Virus record (IMG/VR): IMGVR_UViG_3300024255_001563
Span: 136,844 to 200,843 of that record
DNA length: 64,000 nt
Strand: one strand, 5' to 3'
Source: a virus
Lineage: Duplodnaviria > Caudoviricetes
Shown: positions 1 to 10,071 of the stretch, in pieces
Position numbering within the stretch: position 1 is the first letter of the stretch
Layout: the number at the start of each line of letters is the position of its first letter
Position numbers and translations under genes: made by a program
The notes under the pieces: generated by a model
Told to the model about the DNA's origin: nothing
The model's input: the letters and a program-made list of their open reading frames with translations, nothing else
Database searches by the model: none

Positions 1-894
1 ACCGCAGCAAACTTTAACACTCTACAAAATAGAGTTGAAAGACTTTTGGGCGGAGGCAGCGGTCAGTCAGGATATGGGCAGGTTCCTAACAGTTCTCCAG
101 TTCCTCCTCAAAGTGTTGTATACGCCAGCGACTTAAACAAACTATTACTTGATATTAATAGAATATCAATACACCAGACTGGTAGCATAACTGATCTAAG
201 TCCAGTTACACAGAGTTCAAAAATTAGAGCAGATGAAGAAACAGTAGGAGACCGTGACGGCTGGAAGCAATATATTGCAAAAATAGCCGAACTTGAAACA
301 GATCCATTAGTTGTAGACGGAACACAAGTTAGTATTGAAACTATTGCTACAGATTCAAGATTTTCTCCGTGGCAAGGACAACTTTCGCACAGTTTTACAT
401 TAACATTTACTGATACTGATCATAGACGTGCATTTTTTAATAGTGGCGGACAAATTTATATTAGTGCGCAAATTGAATCACCATCTACGCCAAAATCAAA
501 TGACTGGAAAACTATGTTAACAAACATGGGCGTTATTCAATTTAAAGCAAATACTACATCCAAAACTGGATTAGGCGGAACGTTGTTTCCGAACGATGAC
601 GGGCCAGTTGGAAACTTTCAATTAACAGCAGGCTTAGTAACATTATTTGAAAGAACTGGACAATTAGACTCTTATTCAGAAAATAGATATTACATCTTTG
701 GTAAAGAAGTAAGCCAAAGCGCAATCCAATTTACAATTCAATTCCAAGATCAAGATCAAGGTGATCCAACTATTGACGAAGAAATTGCTGGAACTGTAGT
801 AAGTAGAATACAAGCATTACGTCCATCGGGCGAGTATGTTAGTGTTCCGTTGCCAAGTTATTCCGTACAGTCCAGTCTAGAATTAGGAGACTAA
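1..894 (+). CDS. Virion structural, fibre-like protein, 5'-truncated
   Basis: The frame is open from base 1 (TAANFNTLQNRVERLLGGGSGQ...), so the true start lies upstream of the window. G/S/T-rich; shares motifs with the next ORF (GSGQxGYGQ, DHRRxFFNxGG, DWxxMLxN, GNxQLT). Confidence 0.6.
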   Translation, partial: TAANFNTLQNRVERLLGGGSGQSGYGQVPNSSPVPPQSVVYASDLNKLLLDINRISIHQTGSITDLSPVTQSSKIRADEETVGDRDGWKQYIAKIAELETDPLVVDGTQVSIETIATDSRFSPWQGQLSHSFTLTFTDTDHRRAFFNSGGQIYISAQIESPSTPKSNDWKTMLTNMGVIQFKANTTSKTGLGGTLFPNDDGPVGNFQLTAGLVTLFERTGQLDSYSENRYYIFGKEVSQSAIQFTIQFQDQDQGDPTIDEEIAGTVVSRIQALRPSGEYVSVPLPSYSVQSSLELGD

Positions 895-897
895 TAC

Positions 898-1926
898 ATG
901 GTAGCTACGGGTAATACAGTCCAGGCTAGCCATTATACAGGTGCTCTTGGACGAGTACTAACAGTTCTCGGCGATGGTAGTGGACAAAACGGCTATGGAC
1001 AAATTGTTCCTAGTTATGAATCATATCGAAATGTAAGTACAAACGACGAACTTATCGATCATGATCACACTTCTAAATTAGCAGTTGATATTAATACTTG
1101 TGCTAGCCATCAAGGAATTTCCGGAGTTTCATCTTCATTTAATTCTGCAGGCAAAATCATAGGTGCAAATGCTTCAGGTAATTCTCCAACTAGTCTAACT
1201 GACACATCTAGAGGGTTTAATGACTTATTAGCAGGAATAACAAACATTGAAGCTTCTGCTGATAGTTCAGTTGGATTTACTATTGACGATGTAAGAACTC
1301 TTACTTCTAGTACTAGATTTACTGCCTGGGGAGGCGACGGAGATCCTGATGATAACATTTGGAGTGAACTAGATGTTATTTTTGAAGGCGGATATGCAAC
1401 AACAAATACTTCCGGAAGAACCACAGCAACTGCGGCCGATCATCGTAGACATTTTTTTAACGCCGGTGGCGATGTTAGGATAACTTTTTTTGGTAATTCT
1501 AATACTACAAAGGATATTGACTGGAATTCTATGCTTAGTAATGTTACCGTTGTATTTGGTAAAAACAATACAACAGCAAACTCAGGATTAGCTCGTGACG
1601 GGTCAACAGATGTAAATGGTGGCGGCATTGACAGTGCTTTTGGAAATTACCAGTTAACAACATCTTATAATATTATCTTTAGAAAATTTGGATCAGGTGC
1701 ATATTCGACTAACTATGTACAAGTTCGAGCAAAGCGTGTAGGCACCAATGTTATACGTTTTAGAGTTGACTTTAACGACTTTGCAGAAGGCAATCCAAAT
1801 TTTGACGAACGTGTGCTTGTTAGCGGCGGATCAATGGGCGCAGGCCTGCACTTAAAACGTCCAACTGGTGTAGTAACAGTTCCAACTCCGTCAGACGCCG
1901 TCGCGACTGAATTCCAAGATACATAA
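898..1926 (+). CDS. Virion structural, fibre-like protein, paralog of the upstream ORF
   Basis: 342 aa, G/S/T/N-rich; GSGQNGYGQ, DHRRHFFNAGG, DWNSMLSN and GNYQLT are shared with ORF 1..894. Confidence 0.6.
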   Translation: MVATGNTVQASHYTGALGRVLTVLGDGSGQNGYGQIVPSYESYRNVSTNDELIDHDHTSKLAVDINTCASHQGISGVSSSFNSAGKIIGANASGNSPTSLTDTSRGFNDLLAGITNIEASADSSVGFTIDDVRTLTSSTRFTAWGGDGDPDDNIWSELDVIFEGGYATTNTSGRTTATAADHRRHFFNAGGDVRITFFGNSNTTKDIDWNSMLSNVTVVFGKNNTTANSGLARDGSTDVNGGGIDSAFGNYQLTTSYNIIFRKFGSGAYSTNYVQVRAKRVGTNVIRFRVDFNDFAEGNPNFDERVLVSGGSMGAGLHLKRPTGVVTVPTPSDAVATEFQDT

Positions 1927-1933
1927 TCAACTC

Positions 1934-1962
1934 TTGACATAATTATTAACTGAGTATATAAT
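1934..1962 (+). promoter_or_regulatory. Consensus sigma70 promoter
   Basis: TTGACA (1934-1939), 17 nt spacer, TATAAT (1957-1962), followed by GGAG and the ATG at 1987. Confidence 0.85.
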
Positions 1963-1986
1963 TAATAGTATACTTGGAGATTTCGT

Positions 1987-2334
1987 ATGGATGAAAGATT
2001 AGCAAAAGCATTAGAGTTTTCGAATTACATGACAACTCTAAATAATCAAAAACGCATTATAAGAGAACAATTTTTAGAAGATTGTGTTCATTATATTAAT
2101 GGTGGTAAATTTGCAGTTAACAGAGAATTGATTACATTTTGTCAAACACTTGTAAATAATCAACAACCTACTGCGGTACTCATTGATGATAACGAAACGC
2201 CTATTGAAGTAACAGATTTGAAAAAGTTTCTAGACGACATTCTTGATATTTATTTTACTACAACTAATCAGTATTTAGACAAATACAACGAGATAAAAAC
2301 AAATAGGACAATTGAAGGTTTAATTAACATATGA
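1987..2334 (+). CDS. Hypothetical protein
   Basis: 115-aa ORF with a GGAG RBS; first gene of an overlap-coupled operon. Confidence 0.8.
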   Translation: MDERLAKALEFSNYMTTLNNQKRIIREQFLEDCVHYINGGKFAVNRELITFCQTLVNNQQPTAVLIDDNETPIEVTDLKKFLDDILDIYFTTTNQYLDKYNEIKTNRTIEGLINI

Positions 2335-3185
2335 GTCGCGGCGTACTTTTATTTGCGCAAAACAATCATACTATTGACTATATTAAACAAGCACTATTTT
2401 GCGCAAAGAAAATTAAAAAACATTTAGGACTATCAGTAACTATTGCTACAGATACGCCTAAGTACCTTTATGAAAAATATCCATACTATTCTAAATATAT
2501 TGATAATGTAATAAATTTAGATTGGGAAGAATGTTCGCAAAAGCGTGTCTATCAAGACGGTACTATGAGTAACAGAAACTTAGAGTGGAGAAATCACAAT
2601 AGAACAACAGTGTATGACATTACGCCATACGACGAAACTATTGTAATGGACACTGACTTTATAATAGGCAATAATCAGTTGTTGCATACATTTGACACTG
2701 CTGAAGATTTTTTAATTGTTAAAGATATTACAGATGTTAACCCGGAAAGAAATACTTCATTTAATAAAATTAGTGATAGAAGTATTGACATGTACTGGGC
2801 AACATTATTTTATTTTAAAAAAACAGAACAAACAGAATTATTTTTTAATTTAGTTACACACATTAAAGAAAATTGGTTGTATTATAGATTAGTATATCAG
2901 ATACCTGATAAGATGTACAGAAACGATTTTAGTTTTAGTATTGCTATACACCTTATGAATGGAAATCAAAAAACAAACTGGCCAAAACAGCCGCCAGGCA
3001 ATCTTTGGTTTACTACTGATATGGATGTCTTAATAAAAATGGAAGACGAAGATTATGTGTTTCTATTAGACAAAAAAGACTGGAAAGGACATTATATTGC
3101 TGCATCTGTAAAGGATGCTAGTATACATATTATGAACAAGTTTAGTCTTGATAGAGCAATTAGTGAGGTGTTAAAAAATGAGTAA
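2331..3185 (+). CDS. GT-A fold glycosyltransferase (GT8-like)
   Basis: TPYDETIVMDTDF DxD motif, MYWATLFYFKK, RNDFSFSIA, HIMNK; paralog of the next ORF. Confidence 0.7.
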   Translation: MSRGVLLFAQNNHTIDYIKQALFCAKKIKKHLGLSVTIATDTPKYLYEKYPYYSKYIDNVINLDWEECSQKRVYQDGTMSNRNLEWRNHNRTTVYDITPYDETIVMDTDFIIGNNQLLHTFDTAEDFLIVKDITDVNPERNTSFNKISDRSIDMYWATLFYFKKTEQTELFFNLVTHIKENWLYYRLVYQIPDKMYRNDFSFSIAIHLMNGNQKTNWPKQPPGNLWFTTDMDVLIKMEDEDYVFLLDKKDWKGHYIAASVKDASIHIMNKFSLDRAISEVLKNE

Positions 3186-4017
3186 AGGATTTTGTTTACT
3201 TGCACAAAACAATAGCACAACAGATTATGTTCGCCAGGCATATGCTCTCGCCTTAAGTTTACACAAGTACAATCGTAATCAAAAAATTAGTCTTATTACA
3301 AATGACACAATTCCAAAAGAATGGCAAAAAGTGTTTGATCAGATTATTCCGATTCCGTGGACAGATAGTGCAGAAACTAGTAACTGGAAAATAGAAAATC
3401 GTTGGAAAGTTTATCATGCTAGTCCGTACGAGCAAACGATTGTATTGGAAGCAGACATGCTTATACTAAGTGACATAACGCACTGGTGGAAAGAGCTAGA
3501 TAAGTATGAATTGTTTTTTACTAGCAATGTACAAACGTATAGACAAGAAACAGTAACTTCTCGGTATTATAGAAAAACATTTGATGCTAATAACCTTCCT
3601 AATCTATATAGCGCATTACATTATTTTAAAAAAGGCAATACTGCAAAAGAATTCTATACACTACTAGAGATTATAGTTAATAACTGGGAATTATTTTACA
3701 GTAAATATGCAAAAGAGCGTTATCAAAAATGGTGCAGTATCGATTTGTGTGCAGCAATTGCTAGTAAAATTTTAGGCAATGAAAAACAAATAACAAATGC
3801 AGATAGTTATATAACGTTTACCCACATGAAGACGCATACACAAGCTTGGCAATATGTTCCTGAACAATGGACTAATGTAATAGGAAAGTACTATCGAAAT
3901 GATGGAAGTTTAGTGTTAGGTAATTTTGCACAAACCGGAATACTTCATTACGTAGAAGACAATTTTTTAACAGATAAAATAATAGAGAAATTAAAAGATG
4001 CAAAAGTATTATCTTAA
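3178..4017 (+). CDS. GT-A fold glycosyltransferase (GT8-like)
   Basis: SPYEQTIVLEADML (ExD variant of DxD), LYSALHYFKK, GILHY. Confidence 0.68.
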   Translation: MSKGFCLLAQNNSTTDYVRQAYALALSLHKYNRNQKISLITNDTIPKEWQKVFDQIIPIPWTDSAETSNWKIENRWKVYHASPYEQTIVLEADMLILSDITHWWKELDKYELFFTSNVQTYRQETVTSRYYRKTFDANNLPNLYSALHYFKKGNTAKEFYTLLEIIVNNWELFYSKYAKERYQKWCSIDLCAAIASKILGNEKQITNADSYITFTHMKTHTQAWQYVPEQWTNVIGKYYRNDGSLVLGNFAQTGILHYVEDNFLTDKIIEKLKDAKVLS

Positions 4018-4564
4018 CTTTAGAGAAGACGGTACAATTTTAAAAGTTGGCAATGTACTTGACGAGTCTTCCTTATACATAGAAATAGAAAAATATTTAG
4101 TACAAGATTTTGCAAATTGTAAAAAAGAGTTTAAAGACTATCTTGTAGTCCCAAGCGATTCTGCAGATGCAAACTATGTAATGAAATTTAGGCATACATC
4201 ATTAGAAGACTTTGATGTTGACAGAAGTATTTTACAATTGTCTAAAACTCTTATTAGCGAAAGACTAAACTTTATTATTCTACAAGACCCTAGAAACGGA
4301 GTATGGAAAGCAAAATTAACAGACGATTTAAAATCTTTGTTAACAAGCACATCATATTATAAAGATAAATCGCATACACTATTTGTCACAGACGAAGATG
4401 ATCCTAATGTATTACTTGACACACTAGTTGTTGAGTTTTCTGAATTGCTTTATAAAGACGAGTGCATAATAAAAAATACTAATAAAGAGGTTGCTCAGAG
4501 GACTGATGTGAGTGTATACTGTGGTAAGGTCTTTGAAAATTATAGTCATATTATGGAGAACTAA
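3998..4564 (+). CDS. Hypothetical protein
   Basis: 188-aa ORF overlapping both neighbours; no motif recognised. Confidence 0.75.
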   Translation: MQKYYLNFREDGTILKVGNVLDESSLYIEIEKYLVQDFANCKKEFKDYLVVPSDSADANYVMKFRHTSLEDFDVDRSILQLSKTLISERLNFIILQDPRNGVWKAKLTDDLKSLLTSTSYYKDKSHTLFVTDEDDPNVLLDTLVVEFSELLYKDECIIKNTNKEVAQRTDVSVYCGKVFENYSHIMEN

Positions 4565-5463
4565 TGCCTAATAAAATTAAAATAATTGATCAAGATATTA
4601 TCTTTCTTAGTTACGACGAGCCTAACGCAGAAAAAAATTATGCAGACTTGTGTAGTAAAGTACCGTGGGCAAAACGTGTGCATGGTGTACACGGCAGTGA
4701 TGCAGCTCACAAAGCTTGTGCAGATTTAAGTGAAACAGAATACTTTGTTACTGTAGATGCAGATAATATTGTTGATCCAGAGTTTTTAAATCAAGTAGTT
4801 GATTACGAATCGTTAGGGCTGTCAGCAGACCATGTGTTTAGTTGGTGCGGTAAGTTACATGTTAACGGACTAATGTACGGCAACGGCGGATTAAAAATGT
4901 GGACACGTAAGTTTGTACACAATATGAAGACACATGAACATTCAGAAGACGGCGACGAACGCGGCAAAGTAGAATTTTGCTTTGACGACAAGTACTATCA
5001 GTTCAACGAAAACTTTAGTGTATCCTACACAAACGAAACACCTTGGCAAGCCTGGCGAGCTGGATTTAGAGAAGGTGTTAAGATGAGTTTGGATCAAGGT
5101 GCTAAAGTAGAAGACTTGCGTAAAGTATGGTGGCAAAACTATGATAGGCTTTTAATATGGAGTCAAGTAGGTGCTGATGTTAAAAATGGTATATGGAGTA
5201 TACTAGGCGCACGACAAGGTTGTTATCTAACAAACTGTACACCATGGGACTATGCTAACGTGCGTGACTTTGAATGGCTAAACAACTTTTGGGAAACAGA
5301 AGTAAAAGATGTTGATCCAAAAGAAGAAGCAGAACGTTTAGGTTTAGAAATACTTAAAGGTACCGGAGTTGATATTTCTACTAAACCTTTAGACGCAGAA
5401 CAAAGCAAATTTTTTAAACAAGTCTATCAAAATAGTGCAAGGATACTAAGAAGAGCAAAATGA
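4564..5463 (+). CDS. GT-A-like glycosyltransferase
   Basis: IIFLSYDEPNA...RVHGVHG...FVTVDADN (DxD) ...YGNGGLK; paralog of the C-terminal domain of 13755..15689. Confidence 0.65.
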   Translation: MPNKIKIIDQDIIFLSYDEPNAEKNYADLCSKVPWAKRVHGVHGSDAAHKACADLSETEYFVTVDADNIVDPEFLNQVVDYESLGLSADHVFSWCGKLHVNGLMYGNGGLKMWTRKFVHNMKTHEHSEDGDERGKVEFCFDDKYYQFNENFSVSYTNETPWQAWRAGFREGVKMSLDQGAKVEDLRKVWWQNYDRLLIWSQVGADVKNGIWSILGARQGCYLTNCTPWDYANVRDFEWLNNFWETEVKDVDPKEEAERLGLEILKGTGVDISTKPLDAEQSKFFKQVYQNSARILRRAK

Positions 5464-5957
5464 ATTTAAATGTAAAAAAATTTAAAGCGTCAATTGACAA
5501 CTTTTTTGGCTGGGTAAAGAAAACAGAACTAGTAGAGCTAGATGATATTGATGTAACAGAAGATCCAGTACGTCCAGAGCTTGATGTAGAATGGCGTACT
5601 AGTTATGGACGTAAGATATACGGACTAAAGCACGAAAATGAAATTGAAGGTATTATCTGCATTGCATATACTAATGATGTACCTAAAAGTGTAAAAGAGT
5701 TAGACTTAATGAGTCAAAATGCTCATTTTAAAAATGATGTTAATACGGCAGTTGCTTATACAGTATGGAGTCGTAAGCGTGGCGCTGGTAAAGAGATAAT
5801 ACACAAAATAGGCGACTTAATGAAGTCTCGTGATGATATTGAAACACTAGTAACCCTATCACCGTTAACGCCAATGGCAACACACTTTCACATACGTAAT
5901 GGTGCAAAACAAATTGCTATTAGCAATACAACACAGAATTTTAAATATACATTATGA
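5460..5957 (+). CDS. GNAT-fold protein resembling the malonyl-CoA decarboxylase catalytic domain
   Basis: TAVAYTVWS..RGAGKEII...ETLVTLSP resembles the MCD pattern AIFYSIS...G.GN.LIK...F.TLSP. Confidence 0.45.
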   Translation: MNLNVKKFKASIDNFFGWVKKTELVELDDIDVTEDPVRPELDVEWRTSYGRKIYGLKHENEIEGIICIAYTNDVPKSVKELDLMSQNAHFKNDVNTAVAYTVWSRKRGAGKEIIHKIGDLMKSRDDIETLVTLSPLTPMATHFHIRNGAKQIAISNTTQNFKYTL

Positions 5958-7336
5958 GTAATGAACAGCGTATACAAGTACTAGAAGAAAAACGTGAAAA
6001 GATAAACAATGTAAGTTGTTCATTCTGTACGGCTAAATGGTTACAAACTACGCTACTATTACAAAACGGTTACAATCACAGTTGTCATCATCCTGCTCCA
6101 CATAAGATTCCGTTGCACGAAATTGAAGCAAATCCAGCGGCACTACACAACAGTAAGTTTAAAAAAGAACAACGTGCTAAGATGCTTAAAGGTGAGCGTC
6201 CTAAGGAGTGCGGATACTGTTGGAAAATTGAAGACTTAGATAAAAACTATTTTAGTGATAGACATTATAAAACAAGTGACTCTTGGGCCTGGGATAGATT
6301 TGAAGATATTGCTAAAAGCAATCCACAAGACGATGTGTACCCAAGTTACTTAGAAGTATCATTTAGTAATGCTTGTAACTTTGCTTGTGCATACTGTTCA
6401 CCTGAGATTAGTAGCAAGTGGATGGAAGACGTAAAGCAACACGGAGAATATCCAACCAAGCACGGTTCGCATAATCTAGACTATTTAAAAGAGTCTGGTA
6501 AGATGCCAATACCTAATAGAGAACATAATCCTTATGTAGAAGCATTTTGGAAATGGTTTCCTGATGCATTACCGCATTTAAAAGTGTTGCGTATCACAGG
6601 CGGCGAGCCTACTATGTCAAAAGATACCTGGAAGCTTCTAGATTATCTAATAGAAAATCCACGCAAAGGTTTAGACATTTCCATTAATACAAACGGATGT
6701 GTAGAAGATAAACTAATTGACAAACTAATTTTAAAAGTTAACAAACTTGCAAAAGTAGGAGTTAAAGTTGACATATACACTAGTCTTGAAAGCACAGGCC
6801 GCCAGGCGGAATATGCTAGAGACGGATTAGTATACTATGATTGGGTTAAAAACATAGAGCGTTTGCTTTCTGAAACAAAAAGCACAGTTGCAATTATGAC
6901 AACAATTAACATTCTTAGCTTGCCTACATTCGTCGACTTTATTATGACGGTAATGGATTTGCGTAAACTTTATAATACTAGTTTTGAGTGTAATAGAGTG
7001 CCGTTGAGTATTAATATTATGCATTGGCCTCCGCATCTTCAATGTACTTTGCTCGATAAAGAACAACGTGTAAAGACTGCTAACACTATTGAAACACTTT
7101 GCAAAAGTTGGTTAAAATATTATACTAAAGAAAAGTATGCTAGAATATATTTAGAAGAGTTTGATCAAATACAAAGATTTTGTGATTATTTAAGAACCTC
7201 AGAACCAACAGTGGAACACAGAGAAGACTTTGTAAGATACATACAAGCGTACGACAAAAGAAGAAATAAAGATTTTGCAGAAATATTTCCACAGTATACA
7301 CATTTATTAGAGGAATGGAATGCCAAAGAAGACTGA
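5954..7336 (+). CDS. Radical SAM enzyme with N-terminal Cys-rich SPASM/twitch-like domain
   Basis: CNFACAYC, ITGGEP, INTNG; N-terminal FCTAKW..CHH..ECGYCW. Confidence 0.9.
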   Translation: MSNEQRIQVLEEKREKINNVSCSFCTAKWLQTTLLLQNGYNHSCHHPAPHKIPLHEIEANPAALHNSKFKKEQRAKMLKGERPKECGYCWKIEDLDKNYFSDRHYKTSDSWAWDRFEDIAKSNPQDDVYPSYLEVSFSNACNFACAYCSPEISSKWMEDVKQHGEYPTKHGSHNLDYLKESGKMPIPNREHNPYVEAFWKWFPDALPHLKVLRITGGEPTMSKDTWKLLDYLIENPRKGLDISINTNGCVEDKLIDKLILKVNKLAKVGVKVDIYTSLESTGRQAEYARDGLVYYDWVKNIERLLSETKSTVAIMTTINILSLPTFVDFIMTVMDLRKLYNTSFECNRVPLSINIMHWPPHLQCTLLDKEQRVKTANTIETLCKSWLKYYTKEKYARIYLEEFDQIQRFCDYLRTSEPTVEHREDFVRYIQAYDKRRNKDFAEIFPQYTHLLEEWNAKED

Positions 7337-8768
7337 TGAAACGTTACAACAGTATCGTGATAGAGTATTAGACAATAAAAGTAAGAGTTTCTGCGGAGCC
7401 AAGTGGTTTAACGCTACTACCTGGCTTGGTAGTGGTACAACTGCTAGTTGTCATCACCCGCCTGCACATAAAATTCCATTAGTAGAAGTAGAAGCAGACT
7501 ACACTGCTATTCATAATACCAAGCATAAAAAAGAAATGCGCCGCCAAATGCAGACAGGTGAACGCCCAGCTGAGTGCGAGTATTGTTGGAAAATGGAAGA
7601 TATGAAAAAGGATGCTGTCAGTGACAGAACCTTTAAAAGCATTATCTATTCTGATGAAGAGTTACAACGTGCATATGATATGGATCATCATGAGAATGTT
7701 AATCTAAAAACATTTGAGATTGCTTTTGATAGAACGTGTAACTTAGCATGTAGTTATTGCAATGCAAGTTTCTCAACTACGTGGGCTAAAGATATTAAAA
7801 AGAATGGCGAGTACACAAACTTAGTAAGTGATGGCGCTGGTGCATTTAGACAAGACGGCAGTTGGACACAACCTTACAAAGATGATGACGATAATCCTTA
7901 CATTCAAGCGTTTTGGAAATGGTGGGATAATGGTTTAGCAGACAGTTTAGAGGAACTGCGTATCACTGGCGGCGAACCTTTAATGAGCGGAAACACTTGG
8001 AAGTTGTTTGATTGGTTTAATAAGCAAGATTCAGATATGCGTTTTGCAATTAATAGCAATCTAATTGCTAAAGATGCTATTATAGACAAGCTAATTGAGA
8101 AAACACAAGGTATGAATCACTTTGAGTTGTATACTAGTTGTGAAGCAGTAGGTGCTCAAGCAGATTATATTCGTGACGGACTAGATTATGACGAATGGAC
8201 TAAAAATATTAAACGTATACTAACAGAAGCAAATACTAAAGGCGTACACATTATGATGACTATTAACAGTCTTTGCTTGTTTAGTATTACAGAATTCTTA
8301 GATGATGTTTACAAACTAAAAGAGCTCACACAAAGTAGAACGCCAACTGTAAGTTTAAACTTATTACGCTTTCCGAGTTTTCAATCACCGCTGGCATTGC
8401 CTAATCATATTAAGGATCATTGCCATAATAAATTGTCAACATGGTATGAAGCTAACAAAGACAAGCCGGGCTGGAGTGAGTTTGAAAAAGCAAGTATTGA
8501 ACGTTTAATAGATTACTTGGTAACTGTAGATGCTCCGCATAGACGTACAAGTAACCCTACTACACTATGGCGTGATTTTAAAACATTCTATGCACAGTAT
8601 GATGTACGTAGAAACAAAAGCCTAAGTGTATTTCCTAAAATACTAACAGACTGGGTCGATAGTATTCCAGATACTGATGCAAGCATTATGGAACTTGCAG
8701 AAAAAGAAGGTTGGATATTAAAACCTGATAATAAAAACATAGAAATACCTTTGGCAACGTATGACTGA
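7320..8768 (+). CDS. Radical SAM enzyme with N-terminal Cys-rich domain, paralog of 5954..7336
   Basis: CNLACSYC, ITGGEP, INSN; N-terminal FCGAKW..CHH..ECEYCW. Confidence 0.9.
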   Translation: MPKKTDETLQQYRDRVLDNKSKSFCGAKWFNATTWLGSGTTASCHHPPAHKIPLVEVEADYTAIHNTKHKKEMRRQMQTGERPAECEYCWKMEDMKKDAVSDRTFKSIIYSDEELQRAYDMDHHENVNLKTFEIAFDRTCNLACSYCNASFSTTWAKDIKKNGEYTNLVSDGAGAFRQDGSWTQPYKDDDDNPYIQAFWKWWDNGLADSLEELRITGGEPLMSGNTWKLFDWFNKQDSDMRFAINSNLIAKDAIIDKLIEKTQGMNHFELYTSCEAVGAQADYIRDGLDYDEWTKNIKRILTEANTKGVHIMMTINSLCLFSITEFLDDVYKLKELTQSRTPTVSLNLLRFPSFQSPLALPNHIKDHCHNKLSTWYEANKDKPGWSEFEKASIERLIDYLVTVDAPHRRTSNPTTLWRDFKTFYAQYDVRRNKSLSVFPKILTDWVDSIPDTDASIMELAEKEGWILKPDNKNIEIPLATYD

Positions 8769-10071
8769 TAAAATTGGACCTTACTTTTGCACAGCACCCT
8801 GGACACATACTTACGTTAGCCCGCAAGGCGAGCGTAGGTTGTGTTGTGCTAGTAGAGAAGATGCAAGTTTTCAAAAGCAGTATATAGATGCAGGTGATAA
8901 AGACAACACTGAATTTGATCCAATAACACTCGAAGAACATTGGAACAGCGATTATATGAAAGATATTCGTAAGCGTATGTTAGCCGGAGAAAAACTAAGC
9001 CAGTGCGATGTGTGTAATAATCAAGTATTAAATTTACATACATACAAAAACTATTTTACTAATACACTATTTCCGCACAAAGTCGAAGACATAATAGCTA
9101 GTACAAAAGAAGACGGCTACACAACTATGCAACCAATTAGTTTTGATTATCGTATAAGCAATCTTTGTAATTTTAAATGTCGCATGTGCGGTGAACAACT
9201 TAGTTCAAGTTGGGAAACTGAAAAGATTAAACATAATGTAGTTAACTACAAACGTGAAAAATGGATGCAACCAGACACACGAAAGAAGATTGCTACATTT
9301 CAAAAAGAAGTTCTCGAAACAGAACTACAAACAGCAGTTGACAAAGGCATTGTAGAGGAGTTATACTGGGTAGGCGGCGAGCCACTTATGTATGATATAC
9401 ATTGGCGTATTATGCAACAGCTAGTAGACGAAGAAAAAAGCCAAGACGTAGTTGTACGTTATAATACAAACTTGAGCAGAACACACTACAAGAATTATAA
9501 ACTGTACGACATGCTAGATAACTTCAAACGTGTTAACCTTTGTGCTAGTATAGACGGGGTAGGCGAAGTCGGCGAATACATTAGAACAGGACTCAAATGG
9601 GACGAGTGGCTACAAAACTTCAAAGATGGCATGTTTCTTATCAATAAGTATGGAGACGATGCATTAGTATTTGATGTTACACTAACAACTCCGGGATTGT
9701 TTGATTTGAAACGTATGTTTGATGTAGTTACAGAATTAGATGTTAAGAGTTACTTTAAAATTACATTTGCATTTGACCCTAGTGTTCTAATGAGTCCTAT
9801 GTGTTTGCCAAGAGAAGTATTAGATGAGCAAATACACAAACTACTAGACTACATTAAGCCTAGAGTTACACACAAAACTCGTGTGTACCAAGAAACATTA
9901 GAAAACATGCTTGAACGCAAAACGTTTGAAGAAGAATACACTGACTATAAAGATGGTTGGAGACGAGGTAAAAAGAATATAATGTTTATAGAAAGCATCA
10001 GAACGCAAGACGTTACATTTAGAGACACTCTTAGTGACGCAGGTAAAGAATGGTGGGATAGCATTGAGTAA
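8761..10071 (+). CDS. Radical SAM enzyme with N-terminal SPASM/twitch-like domain
   Basis: CNFKCRMC, VGGEP, YNTN, ASIDG; N-terminal FCTAPW..LCC..QCDVC. Confidence 0.9.
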   Translation: MTDKIGPYFCTAPWTHTYVSPQGERRLCCASREDASFQKQYIDAGDKDNTEFDPITLEEHWNSDYMKDIRKRMLAGEKLSQCDVCNNQVLNLHTYKNYFTNTLFPHKVEDIIASTKEDGYTTMQPISFDYRISNLCNFKCRMCGEQLSSSWETEKIKHNVVNYKREKWMQPDTRKKIATFQKEVLETELQTAVDKGIVEELYWVGGEPLMYDIHWRIMQQLVDEEKSQDVVVRYNTNLSRTHYKNYKLYDMLDNFKRVNLCASIDGVGEVGEYIRTGLKWDEWLQNFKDGMFLINKYGDDALVFDVTLTTPGLFDLKRMFDVVTELDVKSYFKITFAFDPSVLMSPMCLPREVLDEQIHKLLDYIKPRVTHKTRVYQETLENMLERKTFEEEYTDYKDGWRRGKKNIMFIESIRTQDVTFRDTLSDAGKEWWDSIE

